From IMG/VR virus record IMGVR_UViG_2140918008_000001, positions 3,491 through 67,490 of that record: a stretch of DNA of 64,000 nt. One strand, given 5' to 3'. The stretch comes from a virus. Lineage: Duplodnaviria; Caudoviricetes. A model generated the notes under the pieces. That model was not told where the DNA came from. It saw nothing but the letters and a program-made list of their open reading frames with translations, and did not search any database. Below, in pieces: positions 1 to 8,256 of this stretch; positions within the stretch are counted from its first letter, which is position 1; every line of letters starts with the position of its first letter. The translations under genes and the position numbers were made by a program.

Positions 1-1
1 T

Positions 2-172
2 GTTATCTTTACAATTGCTTTCTGGATTTGTTTTCTTATAGTCTCTGGTATGGCTCTATGGAGATTTCCTTTACAAACTGCATTGATCTGTACAGGATTA
101 GCCGTTGTTGTATTTATCGTTGGCTTAATTTCTGAGAAACATAGTAAGACACTCAATAATAAAAAACACTAA
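2..172 (+). CDS. partial small membrane protein (5' end outside window)
   Basis: Open frame VIFTIAFWICFLIVSGMALWRFPLQTALICTGLAVVVFIVGLISEKH...*, with two hydrophobic stretches. Confidence 0.5.
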   Translation, partial: VIFTIAFWICFLIVSGMALWRFPLQTALICTGLAVVVFIVGLISEKHSKTLNNKKH

Positions 173-188
173 ATAAAAGGAGAATAAG

Positions 189-560
189 ATGAAAAAATTT
201 AAGTACGATATATTTCTAATTTGTCCTGTTCGAGAAACTAGTGTATCTTATTTGGAAGGAATTGAAACTCAAGTATATTATCTTGAAGCACAGGGTAAGA
301 AAGTATATTGGCCCACCAGAGACACAAACCAAAACGATTCTTCTGGACTTAGAATTTGTAGAGATAATCGAGAAGCAATAAAAAATTCTAAATTTGTTTA
401 TGTGATTTGGGATGCGAAGTCTCAAGGATGTCTATTTGATTTGGGAATTGCTTTTGCTCTCAATAAGCCTATAAAAACAATTGTTGGATATATGCCTGCT
501 ATGACAAATGGAAAATCTTTTCAAAATATGATTTTTGATTGGGAGGAGAAAGATGTTTAA
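189..560 (+). CDS. nucleoside 2-deoxyribosyltransferase-like protein
   Basis: YDIFLICP start, 'DNREAIKNSKFVYVIWD..SQGCLFDLGIAFALNKPI' Rossmann-like motif; AAGGAG RBS. Confidence 0.65.
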   Translation: MKKFKYDIFLICPVRETSVSYLEGIETQVYYLEAQGKKVYWPTRDTNQNDSSGLRICRDNREAIKNSKFVYVIWDAKSQGCLFDLGIAFALNKPIKTIVGYMPAMTNGKSFQNMIFDWEEKDV

Positions 561-699
561 TAAAACAGGATATTTTGATGAGTAGGGAAATTATCATCGA
601 GGTGTTGGGGAAATAATTATGGAAACAGTTTTTTGGATTATTATTCCGGCAATTCCAATTGGATGTCTTATACTATTTCTAAACTGGATTGGAGGATAA
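553..699 (+). pseudogene. small membrane-protein ORF interrupted by in-frame TAG at 583-585
   Basis: ATG with GGAGG RBS overlaps the upstream stop; MFNKTGYFDE*GNYHRGVGEIIMETVFWIIIPAIPIGCLILFLNWIGG ends just before the next ATG (701). Confidence 0.4.
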
Positions 700-700
700 A

Positions 701-1036
701 ATGAGTAAAGATTACTGCTGGATGTTTGGAGAACACAAAAGCATTCCTTGTCCATGTGGTTATCCAACAAAAAAGGATACAGAAATTAATAATTTGAAAG
801 AGGCAGTTTATCTATCTAGTAAAAGATGGAATAGAGATCAGAAATATATTAAAGAACTCGAAGGGAAAATTACTGAGATGACTACGGAGCAAAATATAAC
901 AAATCAACGCATTATTTCAATGATGAATCAATTAGACATTTCTCAAAAAGAAAATGTGGTGTTGATTCAAAAATATAATAATTCTCGTGATGAACTTGAT
1001 AAGATAATTATCAATCAAGAAAACAATGATGGGTGA
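701..1036 (+). CDS. hypothetical coiled-coil protein
   Basis: ORF track 689..1036; ATG 701 follows GGAGG RBS. Confidence 0.6.
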   Translation: MSKDYCWMFGEHKSIPCPCGYPTKKDTEINNLKEAVYLSSKRWNRDQKYIKELEGKITEMTTEQNITNQRIISMMNQLDISQKENVVLIQKYNNSRDELDKIIINQENNDG

Positions 1037-2207
1037 AGATCATCTGTCTACATCTGAATTAGTCTCAGGACTTGTTCTAACTAATCGTGTCTCTAAAGAA
1101 TCAGTTAGACCTGAGATATTCTGTAGTCCCTATGATAACCTGATTAGATTGTGGAAGGCTGGAGATTATACAGATTACAGTGATCTTATCGGAAGCATTG
1201 GTCTTATGCCGATCCAATCGGCTGTCCAGGCTGCATCTTCTGTAAACCAGGATTCACGAGTGGATTGGGTACAAGTATTAGAGAAAGCATCAATAAGATC
1301 AGACTTGGCTTTTCAATTCGATAAACACGCAAAGAAACTTAGGCGGGGGGAAGATATTGATGCTCCTAATCTAATTTCTCAACTTAATAAACTAAGTAAA
1401 GTTGAATCAAAAGTTCAAACATTGTATTCTATCAAAGAAGAAACTGTGGCATTTTTACCTACGGGGTGGAGAGCCTTTGATGAGAATTTGGTGGGACTTC
1501 CAAAAGTAGGACTAGTCGTTATCGGTGCTCCACCAAAAACAGGCAAAACTACCAGTCTAATTAAAATCTCTGTTTCATTCATTCGTAAATATCCTGATAA
1601 GAAAGCCCTATTATTTTCTTTTGAAATGCCCGCAGGGGAATACAAGAAACGTATCCACGATCTTAATTTAGTACATCCTTTGACTGAAGAAGAAGAAAAT
1701 CGTATCCTAATATGTGAAGAAATAATGTCAGTTGATGCTATGGCAAATGTAACAGCAGGATTTGCTAAAGATAATATTGGGCTGGTTGGCATTGATTTTG
1801 TCGATTTTTTAGTACAAGATGTCATGGATGAACAGAAAATGACTCATTGTTATCTTACCTGCGCAACCTTAGCTAAACAACTATCCATCCCTGTGATATT
1901 GTTGTCTCAACTCAACGGCTATTACCAGGGTGGGCTTCCGAGACCAATTCATCTTCGTTTTACTCGTATGGCAGAGGCTTTATCATGGATGGTGCTCATG
2001 CTTTATAATCCGGCCCAAGATTATTTTGAGAAAAAAGATGCCGGTTTGCCTATTACAATAGGAAAGGCATACATAATTGCTTGGTTAATTCGTGGTGGAT
2101 TTCCAAACCATTTAGAAGATTCACCAGGTGCAATACAAATTTCATGGTCAGGAAAGACTGGCTGGATGGATCGTGGTAGTTGGCGTACTTTACAAAAAGG
2201 GGAATAA
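1026..2207 (+). CDS. dnaB: DnaB-like (SF4) replicative helicase
   Basis: Walker A GAPPKTGKT, FSFEM, IDFVD (Walker B/H2), ILLSQLN (H3). Confidence 0.75.
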   Translation: MMGEDHLSTSELVSGLVLTNRVSKESVRPEIFCSPYDNLIRLWKAGDYTDYSDLIGSIGLMPIQSAVQAASSVNQDSRVDWVQVLEKASIRSDLAFQFDKHAKKLRRGEDIDAPNLISQLNKLSKVESKVQTLYSIKEETVAFLPTGWRAFDENLVGLPKVGLVVIGAPPKTGKTTSLIKISVSFIRKYPDKKALLFSFEMPAGEYKKRIHDLNLVHPLTEEEENRILICEEIMSVDAMANVTAGFAKDNIGLVGIDFVDFLVQDVMDEQKMTHCYLTCATLAKQLSIPVILLSQLNGYYQGGLPRPIHLRFTRMAEALSWMVLMLYNPAQDYFEKKDAGLPITIGKAYIIAWLIRGGFPNHLEDSPGAIQISWSGKTGWMDRGSWRTLQKGE

Positions 2208-2217
2208 AAATTGGTAG

Positions 2218-2245
2218 TTGACATTGTGTCAAATAGCAGTATACT
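2218..2245 (+). promoter_or_regulatory. sigma70-like promoter whose -35 is one half of the 15-bp palindrome
   Basis: TTGACA-16nt-TATACT; nearly identical to the minus-strand promoter at 35966-35993 (both continue TATACTGTATGTAA). Confidence 0.7.
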
Positions 2246-2278
2246 GTATGTAACATATGATAAAAAAGGAGAATAAAA

Positions 2279-2821
2279 ATGAAACGTTACATGAATGAGT
2301 TCTTCAAACTGAAATGCGCTCCAGATTTACTTGCTTGGAAATTATTTCCTAATGCTAAAGAGATTACTGAAAGTTTTGGTGCTTTTAAGGGAGTAAGAGA
2401 TGTTATCTTGGAGCCAACTAATTTACGATTTGATGATCCAAGTATTGTTTTAGTTTCTGTTGGGGATGGAGTTACTCCAAGAACTGCTGCTTTATTTGCT
2501 GTTAGAACATCCTGGGAATGTTATAGCGTTGATCCACTGATGAGAGTAGATGTAAATTATCCCATTGATCGTTTATCAGTAATCAAAGCAAAAATTGAAG
2601 ATTTGAAACTTGATTTTCCAGAACGTTCTGTAATCATTGTTTCTGTTCATGGACATGCAAAACTTAATGATATTCTGGAGCATATTCATGGAAAAGTACG
2701 CCACTTTCTGACTATTCCTTGTTGTATTTCTCATAATATTCCTAATAAAGTATACTTAGGATATACAGATACAAATATTTGGTCAGATAAAAATGAAGTA
2801 AAAGTATGGTTAAATATCTAA
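2279..2821 (+). CDS. hypothetical protein, possibly SAM-dependent methyltransferase-like
   Basis: VSVGDGVTPRT...YSVDP resembles a SAM-binding motif I/II; weak. Confidence 0.35.
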   Translation: MKRYMNEFFKLKCAPDLLAWKLFPNAKEITESFGAFKGVRDVILEPTNLRFDDPSIVLVSVGDGVTPRTAALFAVRTSWECYSVDPLMRVDVNYPIDRLSVIKAKIEDLKLDFPERSVIIVSVHGHAKLNDILEHIHGKVRHFLTIPCCISHNIPNKVYLGYTDTNIWSDKNEVKVWLNI

Positions 2822-2822
2822 A

Positions 2823-4505
2823 ATGAGATACAAAATGGAAATCCCACCAGTAGCGAAGCCAGATGATATTGTAGCCCTGGATAGTGAATGGTTCGGTTTA
2901 AATGAACGTAAATTACATCGGCCACAAGGCATCCAAACTTTCGCTTGTTGCCAATTCTCTTTTGATGGCGAAACAGCATACATCGTGACTGCTCCAGATG
3001 CTATAATAAAAGCTTACGATCATATTCGTAAAGCAACCTTAGTTTTCTGTAATGCTGCTTTCGACTATGTTCATCTCAGACAACTTGCTGAATTTCCACC
3101 AAAGAAAAAGATGTGGGATATTCAACTTTTCGAGAAGATTTTGTTTGGGGGATATTATAGTAAATTCTCTCTAAAAGATATGGTTCGCAGGTACTTCCAA
3201 GTAGCAATGCCTAAAGAAGCTAGAGAAGAATTTGCTAAAGGATCAGCAATGACTGAAGAAATGCTTCAATACGCTGCTGACGATGTTTGTTACACATGGA
3301 GGATTTATCAAGAACAGAATAAGATTGCTAGAGATGAGGATGTAAATATCTGGTATAACGTAGAATTACCGGCATTTTGGCCGACCATAGAATTTGCGGG
3401 CTTCCCCCTGAACGCTACTAAGTGGACAAATCTGGCAAATTTCAACAATGAAAAAGCTCTTGAACTTGAAAAGACCTTTACTTTCAATCCTGGTTCTCAT
3501 GTCCAGGTCAAAAAGTTTATCAAAGAGAATTACAAGATTGATCTAGAAAGTTCAGATGAAGCCCACCTGTTGAAAATACAAAATAAATGTGAGATTGCTA
3601 AAACGATCTTGGATTATCGGCATTATAAGAAACGGGCTTCTACTTATGGATTATCTTGGTTAGAAGCGATTGAAGCAGACGGTCGTGTACATTCTCAGTT
3701 TAATCAATTGGGAGCCGAGACTGGCCGATATAGTTCTGATAACATCAATTTACAGAATGTGCCACATGATCCTGAGACAAGAGGCTGTTTTGAAGCGCCT
3801 GAAGGATATGTACTTTGTAAAGCCGATTTTGCTGGACAAGAACCTCGCATAATTTGTCATCTTTCTAAGGATAAAGAATTAACTAACATTTTTATGCAAG
3901 GAAGGGATGTTCACTCAGAAGTTGCTCAACGCGTCTATGATACTGAAGAAAAGATTATTAAAGGCGATCCTAGAAGGGCCGTAGGAAAACGTGTTGAACT
4001 AATGTTAAGCTATGGGGCAAAAGCCAAAGGACTAGTACGTGCCTTATTAGATGAAGATAATATGGTAGTAACTGAGGAAGAAGCTCAACGATTCATCAAT
4101 GAATTTTTTAGTAATTTCCCAGGTGTCGAACAATATATGCAAAAGCAAAAAAAGTTTGCGGACAAATGGGAATATGTACTCAGCGCATTAGGAAGAAAAA
4201 TTCACGTAAATAAATATAGCTATCAATCAGAGAATTGCTCATCTAATTCCCCCATTCAAAGTACGGGGGCAGAAATGATAAAACTTGCTTTGGCTTCTTT
4301 TTATCAAGCATGGAAACCTGAGTGGGGGCCATTCGGGGTTTGTGCCGTAGTTCATGATGAAATTGATGTGATCTGTAAATATTCTGATGCTGAAGAAATC
4401 TCTAAAGTATTGAAATTCTGTATGGAAGAATCGGGAAAATCAATAATTGATCCTCTACCTTGTATAGCTGAAGTTGACATTTCCCAATCATGGGCTGGTG
4501 GATGA
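2823..4505 (+). CDS. polA: family A DNA polymerase with 3'-5' exonuclease domain
   Basis: Exo LDSEW / NAAFD / YAADD; TGRYSSDNINLQN; motif A DFAGQEPRI; motif B RAVGKRVELMLSYG; motif C VHDEI. Confidence 0.95.
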   Translation: MRYKMEIPPVAKPDDIVALDSEWFGLNERKLHRPQGIQTFACCQFSFDGETAYIVTAPDAIIKAYDHIRKATLVFCNAAFDYVHLRQLAEFPPKKKMWDIQLFEKILFGGYYSKFSLKDMVRRYFQVAMPKEAREEFAKGSAMTEEMLQYAADDVCYTWRIYQEQNKIARDEDVNIWYNVELPAFWPTIEFAGFPLNATKWTNLANFNNEKALELEKTFTFNPGSHVQVKKFIKENYKIDLESSDEAHLLKIQNKCEIAKTILDYRHYKKRASTYGLSWLEAIEADGRVHSQFNQLGAETGRYSSDNINLQNVPHDPETRGCFEAPEGYVLCKADFAGQEPRIICHLSKDKELTNIFMQGRDVHSEVAQRVYDTEEKIIKGDPRRAVGKRVELMLSYGAKAKGLVRALLDEDNMVVTEEEAQRFINEFFSNFPGVEQYMQKQKKFADKWEYVLSALGRKIHVNKYSYQSENCSSNSPIQSTGAEMIKLALASFYQAWKPEWGPFGVCAVVHDEIDVICKYSDAEEISKVLKFCMEESGKSIIDPLPCIAEVDISQSWAGG

Positions 4506-4508
4506 AAG

Positions 4509-4642
4509 TGTGATATAATATGAACTGTCAAGGAGAACACGGCTTTTTATTTTCTCAACGGACAGTTGCTATCTACAAGAAGCCTGATCTCCTTGACAAG
4601 AATCGGAGAAATGTAGATAGCAACTTTCTGTATCGAGGAGAC
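4509..4642 (+). promoter_or_regulatory. extended -10 promoter plus structured HNH leader, copy 1
   Basis: TGTGATATAAT 4509-19; A 4526-36/4588-98 (11 bp), B 4541-45/4580-84, C 4564-77/4612-25 (14 bp); GAGGAG 4635-40. Confidence 0.75.
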
Positions 4643-5296
4643 ATGGGAAGATTTGTGGATTTATCCGGAAGAAAATTCGGAAAACTTTTGGTAATTAAAC
4701 GAATGGGGACAGGAAATGATGGTCATATTTTTTGGGAATGTGTTTGTGATTGTGGAAATACAAAGACTAAAGTAGTTTCAGGAACTTCTTTAGTACAAGG
4801 TAAAACAAGATCATGTGGGTGTTTATATGTAGGACATCCAACTCATCACTGTAGAAATACTGCAACATATGCTGCCTGGACAAATATCCAACAAAGATGT
4901 GAAAATCCTAATGATGCTTCGTTTAAATTTTATGGAGCAAGAGGGATAACTGTTTGTGACAGATGGAAAGAAGGTTTCCAAAACTTTCTTGACGATATGG
5001 GAATGAAGCCCGGAGGAGGAGAAATTTCCATAGAAAGAATTGACAATAGCAAAGGATACAGTCCAGAAAATTGTCGATGGGCAACTCATAAAGAACAAAT
5101 GAATAATACTAGAATGAATCATTATATAACATTTAATAATGAAACATTGACTATGATGCAATGGTCTGAAAAAACAAATATTCCTTATGACACACTACGG
5201 AATAGAATTAATTCCTATGGATGGGCAATAGAGAAAGCTTTATTTACACCAGTAAGAACAAAACTATCGAACAATAAAATATATGAAAAAGGATAA
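4643..5296 (+). CDS. free-standing HNH-type homing endonuclease
   Basis: DLSGRKFGKLLV, CVCDCG, TRSCGC, QRCENP..YGARGITVCDRW, SIERIDNSKGYSPENCRWAT; start moved to ATG 4643 after the RBS. Confidence 0.85.
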   Translation: MGRFVDLSGRKFGKLLVIKRMGTGNDGHIFWECVCDCGNTKTKVVSGTSLVQGKTRSCGCLYVGHPTHHCRNTATYAAWTNIQQRCENPNDASFKFYGARGITVCDRWKEGFQNFLDDMGMKPGGGEISIERIDNSKGYSPENCRWATHKEQMNNTRMNHYITFNNETLTMMQWSEKTNIPYDTLRNRINSYGWAIEKALFTPVRTKLSNNKIYEKG

Positions 5297-5302
5297 GATA
5301 AA

Positions 5303-5599
5303 ATGAATAAAATTATGGTACTAAAAGCACATAGTCCGGCTATACATAAACTTGGAGATATTGGACAATCAGATACAGATGAATATATCCGAGTTTGTGA
5401 AGAAACCAAAAAATTCTATATTGGACATTTTGAAGAGGGATTTGGATTTATTGGAGTTCATTTCGCTAAGACAGATGTAAGACCTCTAACTAAAGAAGAA
5501 ATTGATGATGTAAACAAATGCTGGTATGTATTAGCAGGAATACCTCGATATAAGTTATCCTTTGACTATGAAGGAAATGTTAAAGATGACATCAAATAG
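5303..5599 (+). CDS. hypothetical protein
   Basis: ORF with AAGGA RBS in operon. Confidence 0.6.
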   Translation: MNKIMVLKAHSPAIHKLGDIGQSDTDEYIRVCEETKKFYIGHFEEGFGFIGVHFAKTDVRPLTKEEIDDVNKCWYVLAGIPRYKLSFDYEGNVKDDIK

Positions 5600-6146
5600 G
5601 CAAGTCTGTCCTCACTGTGCCACATCAGTTTTTCCCTGGCGTGGCCCTTCTAATGCTAAGATTGCTGTTCTTATGGATGAACCATCTATGGCAGATAAAG
5701 AAAAAATGACTGCCTTTTCTGGCCCCGCTGGTTGGGTGTTGAGGAATGAGATGGATCGTGCCTCTATTGATCTTTTCTCCTGTCGAAGGGGATATTTTTT
5801 CTACCACACTATGCCGGTAGGAAAAGAAGGAGAGGCTTGTCGAACAACATCAATTGAAGAAGCAATTCGAGAACTCAATAATAATCGACAAGCTGTGCTA
5901 TTATTAGGATCAAAATGTGTCAAGTATTTTACAAATGGTATTGGAGTTGACACAGTGTCAAGTCTCCCTATATCCTCTCCGTATATACATTGTAATAACA
6001 TTATGGCAGGGATCAGCCCTTTGAATGTTCTTTCTGGTACGGTAGGTGAGTTAAGATTGACGTGTTTTAGGTTTAACCAAATGTTGAATGACATTGATGA
6101 ACAACGTAGACAATCTTTTATTAAAGCATATGATGTAAAGGAGTGA
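5586..6146 (+). CDS. uracil-DNA glycosylase family 4-like (SPO1 polymerase-associated type) protein, degenerate
   Basis: CPHC..VFPWRGPSNAKIAVLMDEPS..D...AFSGPAGWVL matches the family-4 N-terminus; GEAPG replaced by MDEPS. Confidence 0.65.
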   Translation: MTSNRQVCPHCATSVFPWRGPSNAKIAVLMDEPSMADKEKMTAFSGPAGWVLRNEMDRASIDLFSCRRGYFFYHTMPVGKEGEACRTTSIEEAIRELNNNRQAVLLLGSKCVKYFTNGIGVDTVSSLPISSPYIHCNNIMAGISPLNVLSGTVGELRLTCFRFNQMLNDIDEQRRQSFIKAYDVKE

Positions 6147-6823
6147 AAATGAAAGACAATGATTTATTAGAACTAAATTCAGGTTTGGATCAGCCAATTC
6201 GATTAGAACTGTCCCCTATTGATCGAGTTGATGAAATTGTTTCTAAAGCTGTTCAGGATGAGGACATTACATCAGCCATTTCTGAAGCTAAACAAGCATT
6301 ATCTCTAGCTAGAATTTCTGGTCTATTTTTGGCAAAACTTCTCTACAAACTAGAAAAGAACTGGAATAAATTCTACATAGATAATGACTCATTTGTGGAT
6401 TACATCCATGTGGAACTGGGAATCGCTCCCATAACAATCTTACGATATTGCCGTGTTTGGTCTATGTTTGAGTCAAAACTTGTTCCACCAGAGTTAGAAG
6501 ATCAATTGAAAATGCGCCCTCTTCGTGATCTTGTAGCAATTTCTACGGCAGTATCACAAGAATATGATATACCGCAAACTACCTGGGAAACTCTTACATC
6601 GGCTGAAAATTCCAGTGTTGTTAGTGAAACTTTACGACAAATTAAGGGAACCGAACCGCGTAGTGGATCGTTAGTTTTGAAACTAAAAAGAAATGGAGAC
6701 ATTCAATGTTGGTCTGGCGGAGAACAGCATTTTGTTGGATATGTCTCTCTGGAGGATGAAAATGAATCCGTTCAAGCTGCTATTGAACGTATCATAAATG
6801 GTGCAGGACTAATTAGGGAATAA
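6143..6823 (+). CDS. hypothetical protein
   Basis: 226-aa ORF overlapping neighbours in operon. Confidence 0.65.
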   Translation: MKMKDNDLLELNSGLDQPIRLELSPIDRVDEIVSKAVQDEDITSAISEAKQALSLARISGLFLAKLLYKLEKNWNKFYIDNDSFVDYIHVELGIAPITILRYCRVWSMFESKLVPPELEDQLKMRPLRDLVAISTAVSQEYDIPQTTWETLTSAENSSVVSETLRQIKGTEPRSGSLVLKLKRNGDIQCWSGGEQHFVGYVSLEDENESVQAAIERIINGAGLIRE

Positions 6824-6824
6824 C

Positions 6825-7781
6825 ATGTCACCTATAACTTTTAGTGGATCATCCCCGAATATCTTATCTCGTTTTATTACAGGATACAAATCTCTAGATT
6901 TAGCCCTATCAGATAAATCTGGAAATTTTGGTTTACCTGGCAGGACAATCCTTGAATTATATGGCTTCACAGGCAGTGGCAAAAGTACACTAGCCTGGAC
7001 TTTGGCTGCTAAGATTTCTAAGAAAATCGCTTTAGCTGACCTCGAAGGGTTTTCTCCAGAATATATGAAGGTCATCTTACAATCAGCCGGATTTGATGAA
7101 AATGGAGAAGTCATTTTCAGACAAGATGAATCAGATGAGAAAGTCCTCGATTTGTTTGAGAAGGATATTCTTACAGAGGAAGTACAAGCAGGAGTGGTTG
7201 ACAGCATTGGGGCGATCAACCCAATTTCTGAACTCGAAAGTACGATGGCTGAAGTTTCTATGGGACGTAGAGCAAGATTAGTCGCTAAACTAAGTCGCCG
7301 TTTAACACATGATCTAAGATTTAAGAAAAATCCTACTACTATTTTTCTGATTAATCACTGCCTCGCAATAATAGGTGGCAGGGGTACAGCCACTAGCGGT
7401 GGAGACGTGATGAAATATCTTGCCTCAATTCGCATTCGTGTCTCCAAACAAGAAATGACTGAAAATGGAGATTTCATCATAGAAGGAAAAGTCGAAAAGA
7501 ATCGCTATGGAATCCAAAATGCCAAATTCCAAGTGTATTATCTCAGTGGAAAAGGAATCCACCAGGGCTTGACCGCTGCAAACGATTGTATATACCTGAA
7601 TTTAGCATCTTCCGATAGAGTTGTAAAAATGGACGGGAAGTCCTACGGATTCTGGAAACGATTAGTTGCTGGAGCAGATGATCCTGAAATTTTCCAACCT
7701 TTCATTGATAAAATAAAGAATAATACAGGAGAAATTAAACATGTCAACAGTAACATACAAGAATCAACCGGCGATTCATAA
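6825..7781 (+). CDS. recA: RecA/UvsX-like recombinase
   Basis: GRTILELYGFTGSGKST Walker A, ALADLEG, VVDSIGA Walker B, FLINH, TSGGDVMKYLASIRIRV, VEKNR. Confidence 0.85.
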   Translation: MSPITFSGSSPNILSRFITGYKSLDLALSDKSGNFGLPGRTILELYGFTGSGKSTLAWTLAAKISKKIALADLEGFSPEYMKVILQSAGFDENGEVIFRQDESDEKVLDLFEKDILTEEVQAGVVDSIGAINPISELESTMAEVSMGRRARLVAKLSRRLTHDLRFKKNPTTIFLINHCLAIIGGRGTATSGGDVMKYLASIRIRVSKQEMTENGDFIIEGKVEKNRYGIQNAKFQVYYLSGKGIHQGLTAANDCIYLNLASSDRVVKMDGKSYGFWKRLVAGADDPEIFQPFIDKIKNNTGEIKHVNSNIQESTGDS

Positions 7782-8256
7782 AACAAGAGGATCAGTTCCA
7801 CCTGAAGGAACATCTCATCTCTATAAAGTCACAAAACTATTGTGGCCGAAAGAGATTGAGGCTTATTTGAACATGCTTCTTGTTGGGAAATCTTTGCATG
7901 TTTGTTGTGGAAAAAGTCAAATTGGGGATATTCGATTAGATTTATTTGAAAAAGATGCAGATGTTTTGGGAGATGCTAGCAGACTACCCTTTACAGATAA
8001 AAGTGTTGATACTATCTTAATTGATCCTCCTTATAATGGGAAATTTCAGTAGAATCACGATATGCTTTCTGAATTAAGCAGAGTATCAAAACAACGAATT
8101 ATTTTTCAACATTAGTTTAGTCCTGTAGACAAATTTGGATATTTTAAGAAAGATCATCAATTTGTTCTTACAGATTTGTATAATTGGATGCCCAAGAGTT
8201 ATTTTGGTAGAATGCAAATAATTAGTGTATTCGATAAAATAGGAGATACACTATGA
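7741..8256 (+). pseudogene. small DNA methyltransferase-like gene with two in-frame TAG codons (8050-52, 8113-15)
   Basis: LHVCCG, DLF..DASRLPF, DPPY; the frame continues past both TAGs to TGA 8254-56, which overlaps the next ATG (ATGA). Confidence 0.7.

Noticed and set aside
4520-4642. N-terminal extensions of HNH ORFs through the leaders (also 27287-27403 and 48701-48754)
   Set aside because: Good RBSs precede the downstream ATGs where domain homology starts; copy 2 has a stop in the equivalent frame.
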